Positions 40,688 to 50,419 of a DNA stretch of 64,000 nucleotides are shown here, one piece after another (positions within the stretch are counted from its first letter, which is position 1; every line of letters starts with the position of its first letter). The translations under genes and the position numbers were made by a program. The DNA is taken from assembly GCA_903928055.1 (NCBI GenBank), contig CAIYPG010000118.1, forward strand, positions 84,097 to 148,096. The letters run 5' to 3'. This stretch comes from an uncultured beta proteobacterium (GTDB taxonomy: Bacteria > Pseudomonadota > Gammaproteobacteria > Burkholderiales > SG8-39). The notes under the pieces were generated by a model. That model was not told where the DNA came from. It did not search any database and was given only the letters and a program-made list of their open reading frames with translations.

Positions 40688-42061
40688 TCAGAAGAAGCCG
40701 ATGCCGACCTGGAACAGCTTTTCCACGGTGGGCAGCGTCTTCTTGTCGGTGACGAACACGATGACATGGTCTTCGGGCTGCACCACGGTATCGTGGTGCG
40801 CCATGATGACCTGCTCGCCGCGCACCACCGCGCCGATGGTCGCGCCCGCAGGCAGTTCGATCTGCTCGATGCGCCGGCCCACCAGGCGGCAGGACTTGGA
40901 ATCGCCATGCACTACCGCCTCCAGGGCTTCGGCCGCGCCGCGCCGCAGGCTGTGCACCTGTGTGACATCGCCGCGGCGCACGTGGGCGAGCAACGTGCCT
41001 ATCGTGGCCTGCGCAGGGGAGATGGCAATGTCGATGCGGTCCGCCTGCAGCAGGTCTACATAGGCACGCCGGTTGATCAGCGTGACCACGCGCCGCGCCC
41101 CCATGCGCTTGGCCAGCAGGCTGGCCATGATGTTGTTCTCGTCATCGTTGGTCACTGCGATGAAGATGTCCATCTCGGCAACGTTCTCTGCCTCCAGCAG
41201 GCCTTCATCGGTCACATCGCCCTGCAGCACCAGCGCGCGATCCAGCCGGCTGTTCAGCAGATCACAGCGGCGCTTGTTGTATTCGATGATCTTCACCGAG
41301 TAGTCGCGCTCCAGCGCGCGCGCCAGCCTGAGGCCGATATTGCCGCCGCCGGCGATCATCACGCGGCGCACCGGCTTGTCCATGCGCCGCAACTCGCGCA
41401 TCACATGGCGGATGTCGTGGGTCGCGGCAAGGCAGAAGACTTCGTCACCGGGCTCGATCACGGTATTGCCTTCGGGCACGATGGGGCGGTCGCCGCGGAA
41501 AATTGCGGCAACGCGCGCATCCACGGTGGGCATGTGCGCGCGCAGATCCTGCAACTGGTGGCCCACCAGCGGACCACCCTGGAAGGCGCGCACCGCCACC
41601 ATGGTGAGTTTGCCGTGGGCGAATTCCAGAACCTGCAGGGCCTCGGGAAACTCGATCAGCTTGGCGATGTAATCGGTGAGAATCTGCTCGGGGCAGATGC
41701 ACAGGTCGGCGCAAAACCCTTCGGGGCCGAGGATCTGCTCGTTCAGCAGGAATTCCGTGGCACGCACGCGCGCGATCCGCGTGGGCACGTTGAATAGCTG
41801 GGCGGCGATCTTGCAGGCAACCAGGTTGATCTCGTCACTCTGGGTGACGGCAATCATCATGTCGGCATCCTCGATGCCGGCATCCTTCATGACCGACGGA
41901 TGCGAGCCGCTGCCCACCACGGTGCGCAGGTCGAACCGGTCCTGCAGCTCACGCAGCCTGGGTTCGTCAAGGTCGACAACGGTGATGTCGTTATGCTCCG
42001 ACACCAGGCTTTCGGCCAGCGAAGTCCCTACCCGTCCCGCACCGAGAATGACGATCTTCAA
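40688..42061 (-). CDS. trkA: Trk system NAD-binding subunit
   Basis: 457 aa. It has two RCK-N Rossmann repeats (MKIVILGAGRVG.., VMIAGGGNIG..) and two RCK-C domains. Confidence 0.92.
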   Translation of the reverse strand: MKIVILGAGRVGTSLAESLVSEHNDITVVDLDEPRLRELQDRFDLRTVVGSGSHPSVMKDAGIEDADMMIAVTQSDEINLVACKIAAQLFNVPTRIARVRATEFLLNEQILGPEGFCADLCICPEQILTDYIAKLIEFPEALQVLEFAHGKLTMVAVRAFQGGPLVGHQLQDLRAHMPTVDARVAAIFRGDRPIVPEGNTVIEPGDEVFCLAATHDIRHVMRELRRMDKPVRRVMIAGGGNIGLRLARALERDYSVKIIEYNKRRCDLLNSRLDRALVLQGDVTDEGLLEAENVAEMDIFIAVTNDDENNIMASLLAKRMGARRVVTLINRRAYVDLLQADRIDIAISPAQATIGTLLAHVRRGDVTQVHSLRRGAAEALEAVVHGDSKSCRLVGRRIEQIELPAGATIGAVVRGEQVIMAHHDTVVQPEDHVIVFVTDKKTLPTVEKLFQVGIGFF

Positions 42062-42110
42062 TGTCCCGCTCCAGTGACGCCCATTTTACTCCCGGCCGGA
42101 TCCGGAATAA

Positions 42111-43364
42111 TCACGCATCGGGGTCCTTGCGTCCGGTGGCGATGCCCAGCGCCTTCAGCTTGCGATAAAGATGCGTGCGCTCCAGCCCGCTTTTTTCGGC
42201 CACACGTGCGATCGAACCGCCCTCCTGCCCCAGGAGCCGTTCGAAGTAGGCGCGCTCGAAAGCTTCACGCGCTTCCCTTAGCGGCATGTCCAGCGGCACC
42301 GAAGGGGCGGCCTCGACGGGGGCAAATTGTCCGAGAACGCCCGTAACATCGGCGGCACCGATGTCCTGACCCGCCGCCGTGGCGGCGAGCGTGCGTACCG
42401 CCGAGAAGACGTCCTCGAGGTTTCCCGGCCAGCTGAACGCCTTCAGCGCAACCAGCGCATCTTCTGAGAACCGCCGTGGCGGGCAAATGCCGGTGTCCAC
42501 CAGTTGCGCCAGCATCATGGCCGCAATCTCCGGCAGGTCATCCAGATGCTCGCGAACCGGCGGAATTGCCAGAACCAGTTCGGCAAGGCGCGATACCAGC
42601 GCGGAATCGAATCCGCGGGCCTCAACCAGCCGGCGCGGACCCTCGGTGCTGAATGACACCAGCCTGACCTTGGTGCGATCCAGATGCGCAGCAAGGAAGG
42701 CGAGGTGCTTCTGCTGATTGGGGGACAGGCGGGCGAGATCATCCACGAACAGCACACCGCCTGCCGCCTGCTGCACCGGGTCCTGCGAGGTCTGGCCGAG
42801 CAGCGGCACGGCATTGATCCAGGGCGTGCCTGACTGGTGCAGCAGGCGCGCGTACAGTTCGGCCATGGCACCGGGCTCGCCGCGCAACAGCAGCGCAGAC
42901 CGGCCGGATGTCGTCGCCTGCAGCAGGCGTTTCCTGAATTCGGCCAGGACCGGTGACCTGACCGTTCCCGGCAGGCCCAGGGCGCGCGCAGTCCTTACCT
43001 CCTGCTGCGCCAGCGAGCGCTTGACCGTCGCCAGCAGTTTCTGCAGCGCAATCGGCTTTTCCAGGAAATCCACCGCGCCGATGCGCGTCGCATCCACGGC
43101 GGTATCGATGGTGGCATGCCCCGACATCATCACGACCGGCATGGTCAGCTGCCCGGCAGAAGCCCATTCCTTCAGGAGCGTGATGCCGTCGGCATCGGGC
43201 ATCCAGATGTCCAGCAGCACCAGGTCGGGTCGCGCCCGCGTCCGCGCCTCGCGCGCCTGCGTGGCGTTTTCAGCCACCAGCACCGTGTGGCCCTCATCGG
43301 AGAGGATTTCCGAGAGCAGTTCGCGGATGCCGATTTCGTCGTCGACTACGAGGATCTGGGCCAT
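42111..43364 (-). CDS. ntrX: NtrX-type response regulator (REC - degenerate AAA+ - Fis HTH)
   Basis: REC domain with VVDDE...LLDIWMPDADG. The central domain reads LLLRGEPGAMAE where GESGTGKE is expected, and no GAFTGA is present. The C-terminal HTH is SIARVAEKSGLERTHLYRKLKALGI. Confidence 0.8.
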   Translation of the reverse strand: MAQILVVDDEIGIRELLSEILSDEGHTVLVAENATQAREARTRARPDLVLLDIWMPDADGITLLKEWASAGQLTMPVVMMSGHATIDTAVDATRIGAVDFLEKPIALQKLLATVKRSLAQQEVRTARALGLPGTVRSPVLAEFRKRLLQATTSGRSALLLRGEPGAMAELYARLLHQSGTPWINAVPLLGQTSQDPVQQAAGGVLFVDDLARLSPNQQKHLAFLAAHLDRTKVRLVSFSTEGPRRLVEARGFDSALVSRLAELVLAIPPVREHLDDLPEIAAMMLAQLVDTGICPPRRFSEDALVALKAFSWPGNLEDVFSAVRTLAATAAGQDIGAADVTGVLGQFAPVEAAPSVPLDMPLREAREAFERAYFERLLGQEGGSIARVAEKSGLERTHLYRKLKALGIATGRKDPDA

Positions 43365-43371
43365 GGCGTTC

Positions 43372-45531
43372 TCATGCTGCGAGCGGAAGTGAAATGTTGA
43401 TCGCCGCGCCGCGCTGCGCGCGATTCTCGATGGCGATCGTGCCGTGATGTTCGTCGATGATCTTTTTCACAATGGCCAGCCCCAGTCCGGTCCCCTTGGA
43501 TTTGGTCGTGACATAGGGTTCGAAGGCGCGCTTCATGATGGCATCGGGAAAACCGCAGCCGTTGTCGATGATGCGCAACCACGCCTTTCCTGCGGAGCAC
43601 TCGGTCAGCACCTCCACCCGGAGAGCTTCCGGCGGGGCATCGACCGTTACAGCAGAGGTCTCCCGCGATCCGGCCTGCTGGCTGCTGAGCGCATCCTGCG
43701 CGTTCTGCAGCAGATTGTGCAGAACCTGGCGCAACTGGGTCGGATCACCCTTCACCTGCGGCAATTCAGGCGCCAGGTGCGCAACCACCGGCAACGCCGC
43801 GTTCTCATACAGCCCGAGGACCTCTCCGACAAGCCGGTTCAGGTCCAGCGTTTCGAGTTGTGGCGCAGGCGTTCGCGCATATTCGCGGAAATCATCCACC
43901 ATGTTCTTCATGGAGGTGACCTGCGCCACGATGGTCTGCACGGCGCGCTCGATCACGGCGGCATCCTCCGGCGCGAGCTTGCCGGCCAGCTTGGCCTGCA
44001 CACGTTCGGCGGAAAGCTGGATCGGCGTGAGCGGATTCTTGATTTCATGGGCAAGACGGCGTGCCACCTCGCCCCAGGCCGTGGCACGCTGCGCGGCAAC
44101 CAGTTGGGTGATGTCATCGAACACCACCACATATCCACCCCCCCCGGCCTCAGGCAGTGTCGAACCGCGCAGCAGCAGCACCAGGCCGGTGTCCGGCAGT
44201 TCCAGCTGGCGTTGCCACGTGGCAGAGCCGCGGCTGCGGAACTCCTCGGCAACGGCATGCGCAAAATCGGAAAGCCCGGATGATGTGCCGGGCCAGGTGT
44301 CAGGCGTGGTTCCAAGCAACGCGGACAGATTATCGTGCAGGATCTCGCTGGCGCCGCGATTCGCAATCTTCAGGGTCAGGGTGCCATCGAACACCAGCAC
44401 ACCCGCCGACAGGTTGACGAGGACGCTTTCCAGATACGCGCGTGCCGTCTCCAGTTGTGCGCGGCTGCGGTCTGTCGCAGCACGCGCCTCGTCCAGTTGC
44501 CCGGTCATGCTGTTGAACGACTGTGTGAGTATTCCGAGTTCATCGCGGCTGGTCACCGGCACGCGTGCGCTGAAATCGCCGCGCGCCACCGCCTGGGTGC
44601 CTTCGGCAAGCACCGCCAGCGGCTGCGACAGACGCCGCGAAAGCATGAAGGCGAGGGCAAGCGCACCAAAGAGTGCCAGCAACAGCGTCAGCGTCAGCGT
44701 CAGGACATAGATCTGCTTGAGGCCCTGGCGTGACAGCGACAACTCGCGGTAGGCGTGATAGACCGACTGCACGGCCTCTGCGCTCTCGGCCAGTTGCACC
44801 GGCACCGGCTGTGTCAGTTGCAGCAATTTCGGTTCATCGGCCAGCGACAGGCTGGACAGCGGCGTGATGACACGCAGCATCAGGCCCTTGCCTCCGTCGG
44901 GCTCGATCGCCGCATAGCCACGGCTGGCGCGCGCCTGCCGCAGCAGCGTCGGCGAGGGAACCGGCGGCAGCAGCTTGCCCAGTTCGCGGCTGGCGCCGGT
45001 GACAATCTTGCCGCCCGCGGTAATCAGCAGCGCATCTTCGGCGCCGGCACGATCGCGCAGGCGATTCAACGAGCCCAGGCGCTCGGCGTCGGTCATGTCG
45101 GACAATTCCAGCGCAGTAGCGCGTGCCTTGAGGGTCAGGTCGGTGAGCAGGGAATCAATCGCCGTGCGCCCCAGGTTGAGCCCCCCCTCCAGCGCCTTGT
45201 CGACGCTCACATCAAACCAGGATTCGATGCTCTTGGTGAGGAATTGCACCGACACTGTATAGACCAGCGCTCCCGGCACGACGGCAACGATGGCGAACAT
45301 CACCAGCACGCGGAACGTAAGCAGCGATCCGAACACCCGGGCCCGTCGCTGGCGCGCCAGCACCGAAAGCTGGTAGATCAGCAGGCCGAGCAGCGCAGCG
45401 GCCATGGTCGCATTCAGCACCAGCAGCAGCGGATAGTAGGCGGCGAACAGGGCGCTGTTACCGCTGGCCGCCGCCAGCAGGAACAGCAGGATGGTGCCCA
45501 GTGCGGCACTGACGATGAGCGCGTACTTCAT
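43372..45531 (-). CDS. ntrY: NtrY-type sensor histidine kinase (4TM-HAMP-PAS-HisKA-HATPase)
   Basis: MKYALIVSAALGTILLF... begins four TM helices, followed by HAMP, PAS, an H-box EVARRLAHEIKNPLTPI, and N/G boxes (HNLLQNAQDA, DNGCGF, GTGLGLAIV). The ATG at 45531 overlaps the DUF4390 stop (ATGA). Confidence 0.85.
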   Translation of the reverse strand: MKYALIVSAALGTILLFLLAAASGNSALFAAYYPLLLVLNATMAAALLGLLIYQLSVLARQRRARVFGSLLTFRVLVMFAIVAVVPGALVYTVSVQFLTKSIESWFDVSVDKALEGGLNLGRTAIDSLLTDLTLKARATALELSDMTDAERLGSLNRLRDRAGAEDALLITAGGKIVTGASRELGKLLPPVPSPTLLRQARASRGYAAIEPDGGKGLMLRVITPLSSLSLADEPKLLQLTQPVPVQLAESAEAVQSVYHAYRELSLSRQGLKQIYVLTLTLTLLLALFGALALAFMLSRRLSQPLAVLAEGTQAVARGDFSARVPVTSRDELGILTQSFNSMTGQLDEARAATDRSRAQLETARAYLESVLVNLSAGVLVFDGTLTLKIANRGASEILHDNLSALLGTTPDTWPGTSSGLSDFAHAVAEEFRSRGSATWQRQLELPDTGLVLLLRGSTLPEAGGGGYVVVFDDITQLVAAQRATAWGEVARRLAHEIKNPLTPIQLSAERVQAKLAGKLAPEDAAVIERAVQTIVAQVTSMKNMVDDFREYARTPAPQLETLDLNRLVGEVLGLYENAALPVVAHLAPELPQVKGDPTQLRQVLHNLLQNAQDALSSQQAGSRETSAVTVDAPPEALRVEVLTECSAGKAWLRIIDNGCGFPDAIMKRAFEPYVTTKSKGTGLGLAIVKKIIDEHHGTIAIENRAQRGAAINISLPLAA

Positions 45532-46151
45532 CGCTGCACGCCCTCGTCCAGACGCCGGGTGACCACGGGCGCACGGGGGCTGAAGGGGAAGCGCAGCCAC
45601 GCGGACTCCAGAGTCCATTCACGGCTGGTCAGGGCCGAGAGCTGGAACGGCCTGGGAAGTTGTGTCGCATCGAGCCGCATGCGCACCGCGGTTTCGTATT
45701 TCTGGCCGTACTCGACCTGATTGCGTTCCAGCACCTGCCAGGAACGCACCCGCCCGAGCACGCGCAGGGCCTCGGCGAGCGAAGCAAAGGGCTGGTGCAG
45801 GGTGCCGGTCCACAGGCGGTACTGTCGTGACAGCGCATGATAGGTAAGGCGGTACTGCAGCCGGCTGACCACGGTCTTTTCATCAAACCAGTACCAGCGT
45901 GGACGGATCAACTCGAACTCGACCACGAAGTAAAGGGACACGCCGCTGTTGAGTGCCTCCTCCATGCGTGGTGTCAGCTCGACATCGAAATCGGCGTTCA
46001 CGGCATAACCGTCGTCGGTTGTTTCCAGTGCCGCAGCGCGTACGTCGATGTTGCTGGCAGAAACGGGCGCCGCCAACAGGAGTGCGCAGCATGCCGCGAC
46101 AAGGCAGCAGGCAAGGCGACGCACGCGCGCAATCAGCGGTCCGTGCGACAT
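45528..46151 (-). CDS. DUF4390 domain protein
   Basis: 207 aa with a signal peptide, in the conserved position between rsmB and ntrY. The LQYRLTYHALSRQYRL pattern is typical of DUF4390. Confidence 0.7.
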   Translation of the reverse strand: MSHGPLIARVRRLACCLVAACCALLLAAPVSASNIDVRAAALETTDDGYAVNADFDVELTPRMEEALNSGVSLYFVVEFELIRPRWYWFDEKTVVSRLQYRLTYHALSRQYRLWTGTLHQPFASLAEALRVLGRVRSWQVLERNQVEYGQKYETAVRMRLDATQLPRPFQLSALTSREWTLESAWLRFPFSPRAPVVTRRLDEGVQR

Positions 46152-47518
46152 CAGGCCCGCCGTTCCAGCAGTGCGTAGAAAAAGCCATCGCTATTCGCCC
46201 CAGGAAGGAGCTGGCCGTCATCAACCCTCTGCGGAGCACCCTCCTCCAATCCTGACAGTGGCAGATGTCGCGCATCCGCGTGGCGTGCCAGGAAGGCTGC
46301 GACCTGCGCGGTGTTTTCCTGCGGAAAAACCGAACAGGTGGCGTACAGCAGGCGGCCACCCGGCCGGAGCAGCGGCCACAGGGCCTCAAGCATCGCCTGC
46401 TGGATGACAGAAAATCTGTCCAGATCGGATGCGCGTCGCAGCCATTTTATGTCGGGATGACGGCGCACCACGCCCGATGCCGAACAGGGCACATCGGCGA
46501 GGATCCGATCGAAACGGGCTTCGCGCAGCGCTGCGTCGAGCTGCAGTGCATCGGCAGCCATCACCCGCACCCGCTCCCCTAGCCCCAGCCGTTGAAGGTT
46601 GCTGCGGACACGCTCGATGCGAACCGTGTCGATATCGATTGCGGTCAGTTCACAGTCCACAAGTTCGGCCAGGTGGGCGGTCTTGCCACCCGGAGCGGCA
46701 CAGGCATCCAGTACCTGCATTCCAGGCTTCACTTCGAGCAGTGGCGCGGCCTGTTGCGCACCCCAATCCTGGACCGAGACCTCTCCATCCTTGAAACCGG
46801 GCAAGCGTTCCACCGGAACGGGGCGATCCAGGCGGATGGCCTGAGTGCCCAGAAGTGTTCCCGCCATGCCCTGGGCCTGCAGACGCGCGAGGTAAGCGGC
46901 GCCATCACTGCGACGCCGGTTGACACGCAGCGTCATGAAAGCCTGCTCGTTTCCGGCCGCCAGTATGCTTTCCCAGTGCTGCGGCCATGCGCTTCGCACG
47001 CGATCAATCCACCATTGGGGATGGCGATAGCGCGCAGTCTCGTTTGCGCCGATGGTCGCCTGCAGCGTGTCCCGCTGGCGAAGATAGTTTCGCAAAACCG
47101 CGTTGACCAGACCCTTGGCCGCGCTGCCGCTGCGCGGCGCGACGCGTGTCGCAGCCTCGACGGCCTGATGCACGACCGCGTGGTCGCTCTGCGGGCCGCG
47201 CTGCAGTTCCACCAACGCGGCAAGCAGCAGGCCGCGCAGCGAAGCAGTGGGCGGTCTCGCCATGAGCAGACCGAGCAAGGCATCGGCATTGCCATAGTCG
47301 CGCAGTGCTGAAAAAGCCAGGTCCTGCACCGCGGCCCGCAGAGCACCGCTGGCCCTCACCTCCGCCATCGCGCGCGTGAGGCTGTCGCCTTCAAGCACGC
47401 GGCCCACCACGACACCCGCAAGCGCGAAGGCATCGGCAAGCGCATGGGCTGACTTGGTGGGGGGGAGGGTATTTAGGGAGGCCGATCGCATGTGTTCTGC
47501 TGCGGCAAATGGGACCAA
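46151..47518 (-). CDS. rsmB: 16S rRNA (cytosine967-C5)-methyltransferase
   Basis: NusB-like N-domain plus an AdoMet methyltransferase domain (VLDACAAPGGKT, ILADVPCSASGVVRRHPD, LLYATCS). The start is uncertain; ATG 47494 is an alternative. Confidence 0.85.
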   Translation of the reverse strand: MVPFAAAEHMRSASLNTLPPTKSAHALADAFALAGVVVGRVLEGDSLTRAMAEVRASGALRAAVQDLAFSALRDYGNADALLGLLMARPPTASLRGLLLAALVELQRGPQSDHAVVHQAVEAATRVAPRSGSAAKGLVNAVLRNYLRQRDTLQATIGANETARYRHPQWWIDRVRSAWPQHWESILAAGNEQAFMTLRVNRRRSDGAAYLARLQAQGMAGTLLGTQAIRLDRPVPVERLPGFKDGEVSVQDWGAQQAAPLLEVKPGMQVLDACAAPGGKTAHLAELVDCELTAIDIDTVRIERVRSNLQRLGLGERVRVMAADALQLDAALREARFDRILADVPCSASGVVRRHPDIKWLRRASDLDRFSVIQQAMLEALWPLLRPGGRLLYATCSVFPQENTAQVAAFLARHADARHLPLSGLEEGAPQRVDDGQLLPGANSDGFFYALLERRA

Positions 47519-47545
47519 ATCGGAACTTGCGCGGAAGCCGGGGGA

Positions 47546-48478
47546 TTATAGGCCGAAGCGATCACCCGGCGCGACTGCAAAGCCCCGGAGGAAATCCGCC
47601 ACCGGCAGGCGTTTTCCGCCCGGTCGCTGCAACTGTGTCACGTTCAAGACCCCCTCGCCGCATGCCAGTTTCAATCCGTCGGCGTCAACGGCAAGCACCT
47701 GTCCGGGGGGCATTCCGGGGGATACGGGTGATGCCTCCGGTTTTGCGCTCCATATCTTGAGTTCAACACCGCGCAACATCGAATGCGCCCCGGGAAATGG
47801 CGAAAAGGCGCGTATGTGGCGGTCTATGGCTGAAGCCGACGCTGTCCAGTCGATCCGGGCTTCAGCTTTGTCGATCTTGTGCGCATAGGTGACGCCCTCT
47901 GCCGGTTGCGGCGAAAGGACGCCGCGCTCGAGCCCTTCCATGGCCTGCACAATCAGGCGCGCGCCAAGTACGGCAAGGCGGTCATGCAGGCTCTGGGCCG
48001 TGTCATCGGGTCCGATGGGCAACGCTTCACGCAGCAGCACCGGCCCCGTATCCAGTCCGGCCTCCATGCGCATGATGCACACACCGGTCTCATGATCCCC
48101 GGCCTGCAGCGCACGCTGGATGGGGGCTGCCCCGCGCCAGCGGGGCAGCAACGAGGCGTGGATGTTGATCGCGCCCAGCTTCGGAATGTCCAGCACGGCC
48201 AGGGGAAGAATGAGCCCGTACGCGGCCACCACCATGACGTCGGCGCCACTGGCGCGCAGGAACTCCTGTACCTGCGGATCCTTCAGTGTGGCGGGCTGGG
48301 CGACGGCAATGCCATGGCGCAGCGCCAGTTGTTTTACCGGCGACGCCAGCGATTTCATGCCGCGCCCGGCGGGACGATCCGGCTGGGTCAGCACCAGCAC
48401 AACGTCCAACGGCGCTGCGAGCAGCGCCTCCAGCGCACACGCAGCAAATTCAGGTGTTCCGGCGAAGATGATTTTCAT
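47546..48478 (-). CDS. fmt: Methionyl-tRNA formyltransferase
   Basis: [13 protein letters not shown]..., [17 protein letters not shown]. The ATG at 48478 is preferred to the upstream ORF-track start. Confidence 0.92.
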   Translation of the reverse strand: MKIIFAGTPEFAACALEALLAAPLDVVLVLTQPDRPAGRGMKSLASPVKQLALRHGIAVAQPATLKDPQVQEFLRASGADVMVVAAYGLILPLAVLDIPKLGAINIHASLLPRWRGAAPIQRALQAGDHETGVCIMRMEAGLDTGPVLLREALPIGPDDTAQSLHDRLAVLGARLIVQAMEGLERGVLSPQPAEGVTYAHKIDKAEARIDWTASASAIDRHIRAFSPFPGAHSMLRGVELKIWSAKPEASPVSPGMPPGQVLAVDADGLKLACGEGVLNVTQLQRPGGKRLPVADFLRGFAVAPGDRFGL

Positions 48479-48604
48479 GATGGTTTGAGGATCGCACGAA
48501 CTGCGCAAGTCAGATCGCGCACTCCCATCCTCGCTCTTTTTCGGAATGCGTCGGATCAATGGCCGGTACGTGCGACTGGCATGTACGGCGCAGGCAAATC
48601 CACT

Positions 48605-49108
48605 TCACGCGGTTTCGCGCAATTGCTTCTGCAATTTTGCCTTGATGCGGGTCTGTTTCAGGCGCGAGAGGTAATCAACGAATACCTTGCCCTGGAGATG
48701 ATCGATTTCATGCTGGATGCACACGGCCAGCAATCCGTCGGCGTCCAGCACAAACGGTTTGCCGTTCAGGTCAAATGCCCGTACCTTGATGCGCTCGGCG
48801 CGCTCCACCGGCTCGTAGATGCCGGGCACCGAAAGACAGCCTTCGTCGCAGAATTGCTGCCCCTCGCGCTCGATGATTTCCGGATTGATGAACACGCGCA
48901 AATCGCTTTTGTCCCGGCTGAGGTCGATGACGATGATCTGCCGGTGGACATCGACCTGGGTTGCGGCCAGTCCGACGCCGGGCGCGTCGTACATGGTTTC
49001 GGCCATGTTTTCGACCAGCGTGCGCAATCCACCGTCAAACTCGGTCACGGGTACCGCCTTCTTGTAGAGGCGTGGATCGGGGTAACGCAAAATTGGCAGT
49101 GCGGACAT
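48605..49108 (-). CDS. def: Peptide deformylase
   Basis: Contains all three deformylase motifs: [16 protein letters not shown] and QHEIDHL. Confidence 0.95.
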   Translation of the reverse strand: MSALPILRYPDPRLYKKAVPVTEFDGGLRTLVENMAETMYDAPGVGLAATQVDVHRQIIVIDLSRDKSDLRVFINPEIIEREGQQFCDEGCLSVPGIYEPVERAERIKVRAFDLNGKPFVLDADGLLAVCIQHEIDHLQGKVFVDYLSRLKQTRIKAKLQKQLRETA

Positions 49109-49308
49109 GAATTACTTGCAAATTGAATGGATTAGATACAGAATCTAAAGGAGTCTATAAGTAATACCTGCTACACTAATATCATGGGGGCGGCCTGTAT
49201 CATTTCCAGTGCCGACACCAAACTCCGGCTTATGCGTTAATTGCTTCACACGCTTGAATTGACAGGCGATTTACTATTCAGGCTACTGCCCGAAATGAGG
49301 TCCGCCAC

Positions 49309-50403
49309 ATGCGCAACTCTAACATAGCCCCTGCCGCGACCGACCCGGTGCGTGCAACCCGCCGCGTCGCAGCCATGCTGGCCACAGCCCTGGTGTTCGC
49401 CACCCAGGCCCACGCGCAAAGCAGTGATATCAAACTGCAGGATGCCGCGCCGGACCGCTATATTGTCCAGCAGGGCGATACGCTCTGGAACATCGCGGGC
49501 AAATTCCTCAAGGAACCGTTCCGCTAGCCCGAAATCTGGCGCATGAACCAGGACCAGATCAGGAACCCGAACCGGATATATCCGGGCAATGTCATCGTTC
49601 TTGACCGCACCCAGAATCCGCCGCAGCTTTCTCTGATATCAGACACGATCAAGCTGTCACCACAGGTGCGCTCAAGTGCACTGTCCGAGGCGGCAATTCC
49701 CGCCATTCGGGCAAAAGTGATCGAACCGTTCCTTACGCAGCCGCTGGTGATTGAGGCCGCGGGTCTGGACAAGGCGCCACGTATTGTTGCCACACAGGAA
49801 AGCCGGGTGCATCTCGGGCCCGGTGGCCTCGCCTATGTGAGTGGCATCAGCTCAGGCCAGGGCAGCATCTGGCAGATCTACCGCCCGGGCAAGGCGCTGG
49901 TCGATCCCGAAACGAAAGCCACGCTGGGCTACGAAGCGGTGTTCCTCGGCACCGGCCGCGTGCAGCGTGCAGGAGAGCCGGCCACAATGGAGATCGTGAG
50001 TTCGCGACAGGAAATCACCAGTGGTGACCGCCTGATTGCCGCCGCGCCACCCTCACTCACCCAGTACATTCCGCATGCGCCCAAAGTATTCATCCGGGGA
50101 CGTGTCATCGGCATGTACGACGGCCTCGCCACCAGCGAAAGCGGTCGCGATTCCGTGGTCACAATCAACAAGGGCAAACGCGACGGCGTCGAAGACGGCC
50201 ATGTGTTTGCGATCCTGCGTGCGGGCAGCACCGTAGCTGATCCTGATTCGAGCAAATCGCGCGACTCCGCGCCAACGTTCAGGCTGCCCGACGAACGTTA
50301 CGGCCTGCTGTTCGTCTTCAGGGTGTTCGACGCCGTGTCATACGCGCTGGTGATGGAGAGCACGCGGCCGGTGGCACCTTCAGACATCATCCAGACGCCC
50401 TAG
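49309..50403 (+). pseudogene. LysM peptidoglycan-binding protein interrupted by one in-frame TAG (49525-49527)
   Basis: ORFs 49309..49527 and 49543..50403 are in the same frame. Read-through gives [47 protein letters not shown], one continuous LysM domain. The stop sits where orthologues, as I recall them, have Trp (PWRWPEIW). Confidence 0.75.
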
Positions 50404-50419
50404 CCGCTGTTCCGGTGCC

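Noticed and set aside
49525-49527. Programmed recoding (pyrrolysine or read-through) of the TAG in the LysM gene
   Set aside because: There are no pyl genes or a PYLIS-like context in the window, and betaproteobacteria are not known to use Pyl. A TGG-to-TAG point change or a sequencing error is far more parsimonious.
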